Shown here: one piece after another, positions 62,388-64,000 of the stretch
Position numbering within the stretch: the stretch's first letter is position 1
Layout of the letters: the number at the start of each line of letters is the position of its first letter
Program-made: the position numbers and the translations under genes
From: an uncultured Deinococcales bacterium
Lineage (GTDB): Bacteria > Deinococcota > Deinococci > Deinococcales > JAAFIG01
Reading direction: 5' to 3'
Assembly (NCBI GenBank): GCA_964247135.1
Contig: CAXTTL010000004.1
Coordinates: 2,146-66,145, forward strand
DNA length: 64,000 nt
The notes under the pieces: generated by a model
Databases searched by the model: none
Seen by the model: only the letters and a program-made list of their open reading frames with translations
Told to the model about the DNA's origin: nothing

Positions 62388-62462
62388 TGGTGACCCCAAC
62401 GGGATTCGAACCCGTGTCGCCGCCTTGAAAGGGCGGTGACCTAACCGCTAGTCGATGGGGCC
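62388..62462 (-). tRNA. tRNA-Glu(TTC)
   Basis: Reverse complement GGCCCCATCGACTAGCGGTTAGG.., CCGCC-CTTTCAA-GGCGG, GGTTCGAATCC, CCA. Confidence 0.95.
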
Positions 62463-62606
62463 AGTGTCCTCTGACCGACTGCGAACTATAACAGGCTAGA
62501 TGAAAGAACTCAAGTCTTTGTGACCTGGGCTGATTTGAATGTTTAAGATTTCTCGAGCAGCACGACATAAGCATTTGATATAACCTGAGTTAAAAACTCG
62601 AGTTTG

Positions 62607-62637
62607 ATTCGTTAAAAACAGATTTCTATGCTATAAT
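62607..62637 (+). promoter_or_regulatory. promoter with extended -10 (TGcTATAAT) and RDRM-like dyad
   Basis: ATTCGTTAAAAACAGAT (62607-62623); TATAAT at 62632-62637. Confidence 0.45.
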
Positions 62638-62650
62638 ATGTTTTAAGCCA

Positions 62651-63739
62651 ATGAATGACCCTTCACATCATCCCACCATTCACGGGCGCGGCACGGCTTT
62701 CAATCCCAAGACCCGTTTTGAAAAACTCGAGATTACCCTCGAGCCTGACAGCATCGATGCTGGGGATTATGAGCCAGACCTCGAGTACCGCCCAAAAACC
62801 GAATTCTTGATCGACCATTCCAGAAGTTTTATCACCTACAACAAAAGTCCAGACGTTCCGTTTGAGGCGGGCATCAACCCTTATCGTGGCTGCGAACATG
62901 GTTGCGTGTACTGCTTCGCCCGTCCGACGCACGAGTATTTGGGTTTTGGTTCGGGCATCGATTTTGAAACCAAAATCATGGTCAAACTTTCCGCGCCCGA
63001 ACTCTTGTGCCGTGAACTGAGCGCCAAAAAGTATGTGCCTCAAGCCTTAACCCTCAGCGCGATCACCGACGTGTACCAACCGCTCGAGCGTCAACTCAAA
63101 CTCACTCGCCAAGTGCTCGAGGTGCTGCTGGAATTTCGCAACCCTGTCGCCATCATCACCAAAAATCATTTGGTGACTCGAGATGTGGATATTCTTTCAG
63201 AATTGGCAAAACTGAACGCGGCATGGGTGGCAATTTCGCTGACCAGTTTGGATGAAGATTTACGGCGCAAGCTCGAGCCTCGAACCAGCACCGCCAAGCG
63301 ACGCTTGCACGCCATTGAAACCCTGGCGAACGCTGGCGTCCATGTTGGGGTCATGACCGCGCCAATCATTCCAGGTTTGACCGACCACGAGATACCAGCG
63401 CTGGTTAAAGCTGCCGTGGACGCTGGCGCAAGCTTCGCGCATTACGGCTTGTTGCGCCTCCCTCACAGCAACACCACACTTTTTACCGACTGGTTGGCGC
63501 GTCATTACCCAGACCGCAAAGAAAAAATCCTCAACCGCCTGAGAGCCATGCACAATGGCGAATTAAACGACTCGAGGTTCGGGCATCGAATGCGCGGCGA
63601 AGGGGTTTTTGCCGAACAAATCAAACAACTCTTCCGCGCCGCCTGCCGTCAAGCCAAACTCGAGACAACAAACTTTAAACTCGAGACCAAGCATTTTCGT
63701 GTGCCTCGAGATCAAGCCCAAGCTTCATTGTTCGATTAA
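62651..63739 (+). CDS. radical SAM protein, PA0069/spore photoproduct lyase-like family
   Basis: NPYRGCEHGCVYCFARP, TD.YQP.E, LEPR. Confidence 0.9.
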   Translation: MNDPSHHPTIHGRGTAFNPKTRFEKLEITLEPDSIDAGDYEPDLEYRPKTEFLIDHSRSFITYNKSPDVPFEAGINPYRGCEHGCVYCFARPTHEYLGFGSGIDFETKIMVKLSAPELLCRELSAKKYVPQALTLSAITDVYQPLERQLKLTRQVLEVLLEFRNPVAIITKNHLVTRDVDILSELAKLNAAWVAISLTSLDEDLRRKLEPRTSTAKRRLHAIETLANAGVHVGVMTAPIIPGLTDHEIPALVKAAVDAGASFAHYGLLRLPHSNTTLFTDWLARHYPDRKEKILNRLRAMHNGELNDSRFGHRMRGEGVFAEQIKQLFRAACRQAKLETTNFKLETKHFRVPRDQAQASLFD

Positions 63740-64000
63740 TGGCGCTTGAGAAAATCCACAATGTCAGGCACAACACGCGGGTCAAGCGAAGCTTCAGCCG
63801 CCAAAGACACCGCCCCGATCAGTTCTTCATGCTCGAGTTTCGGATAGGTTTTGAGTTCGACCTGTCCGCCTTTTGCCAGAATTTTTTCTTCTAGCATGAT
63901 GCTTTGGTGGTAATCCACGGTGCTGTCACGCAAACCGTGCTGAAGCAACATTGGCGGGTTTGTGCCATCCACAAAATTGAGCGGTTGCGTTGCCGCCCAA
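63736..64000 (-). CDS. alpha/beta hydrolase, C-terminal part (gene starts beyond window end)
   Basis: PPMLLQHG..D..V, catalytic His region YPKLEH. Confidence 0.75.
   Translation of the reverse strand, partial: WAATQPLNFVDGTNPPMLLQHGLRDSTVDYHQSIMLEEKILAKGGQVELKTYPKLEHEELIGAVSLAAEASLDPRVVPDIVDFLKRH

Overview
Bacterial chromosomal window, probably from Deinococcota (inferred from the Thermus-type ProRS, Hera-like DEAD-box helicase and overall gene content). It is mostly housekeeping (acs, purEK, alr, valS, pepF, two proS, prfB, tkt, gap, pgk, tRNA-Val, tRNA-Glu) with AT-rich accessory patches. The main finding is a compact retron just downstream of tRNA-Val(CAC): a ~140-nt candidate msr/msd ncRNA bounded by a perfect 13-bp inverted repeat (49314-49326/49442-49454), followed by one ORF fusing a retron-type reverse transcriptase to a trypsin-like serine protease with an apparently intact triad. 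Other points: extreme over-representation of the palindrome CTCGAG, also built into terminator arms and absent from apparently foreign genes; a Val T-box separated from valS by ~4 kb of accessory genes (triple NUDIX, two divergent paralogs, HicAB between 61-bp direct repeats, orphan Phd); both ProRS types; the prfB +1 frameshift; a type II R-M pair; a SoxR-like divergon with a 19-bp-spacer promoter; and a possible RDRM box before a radical SAM repair gene. All calls come from reading the sequence by eye; no database searches were run.
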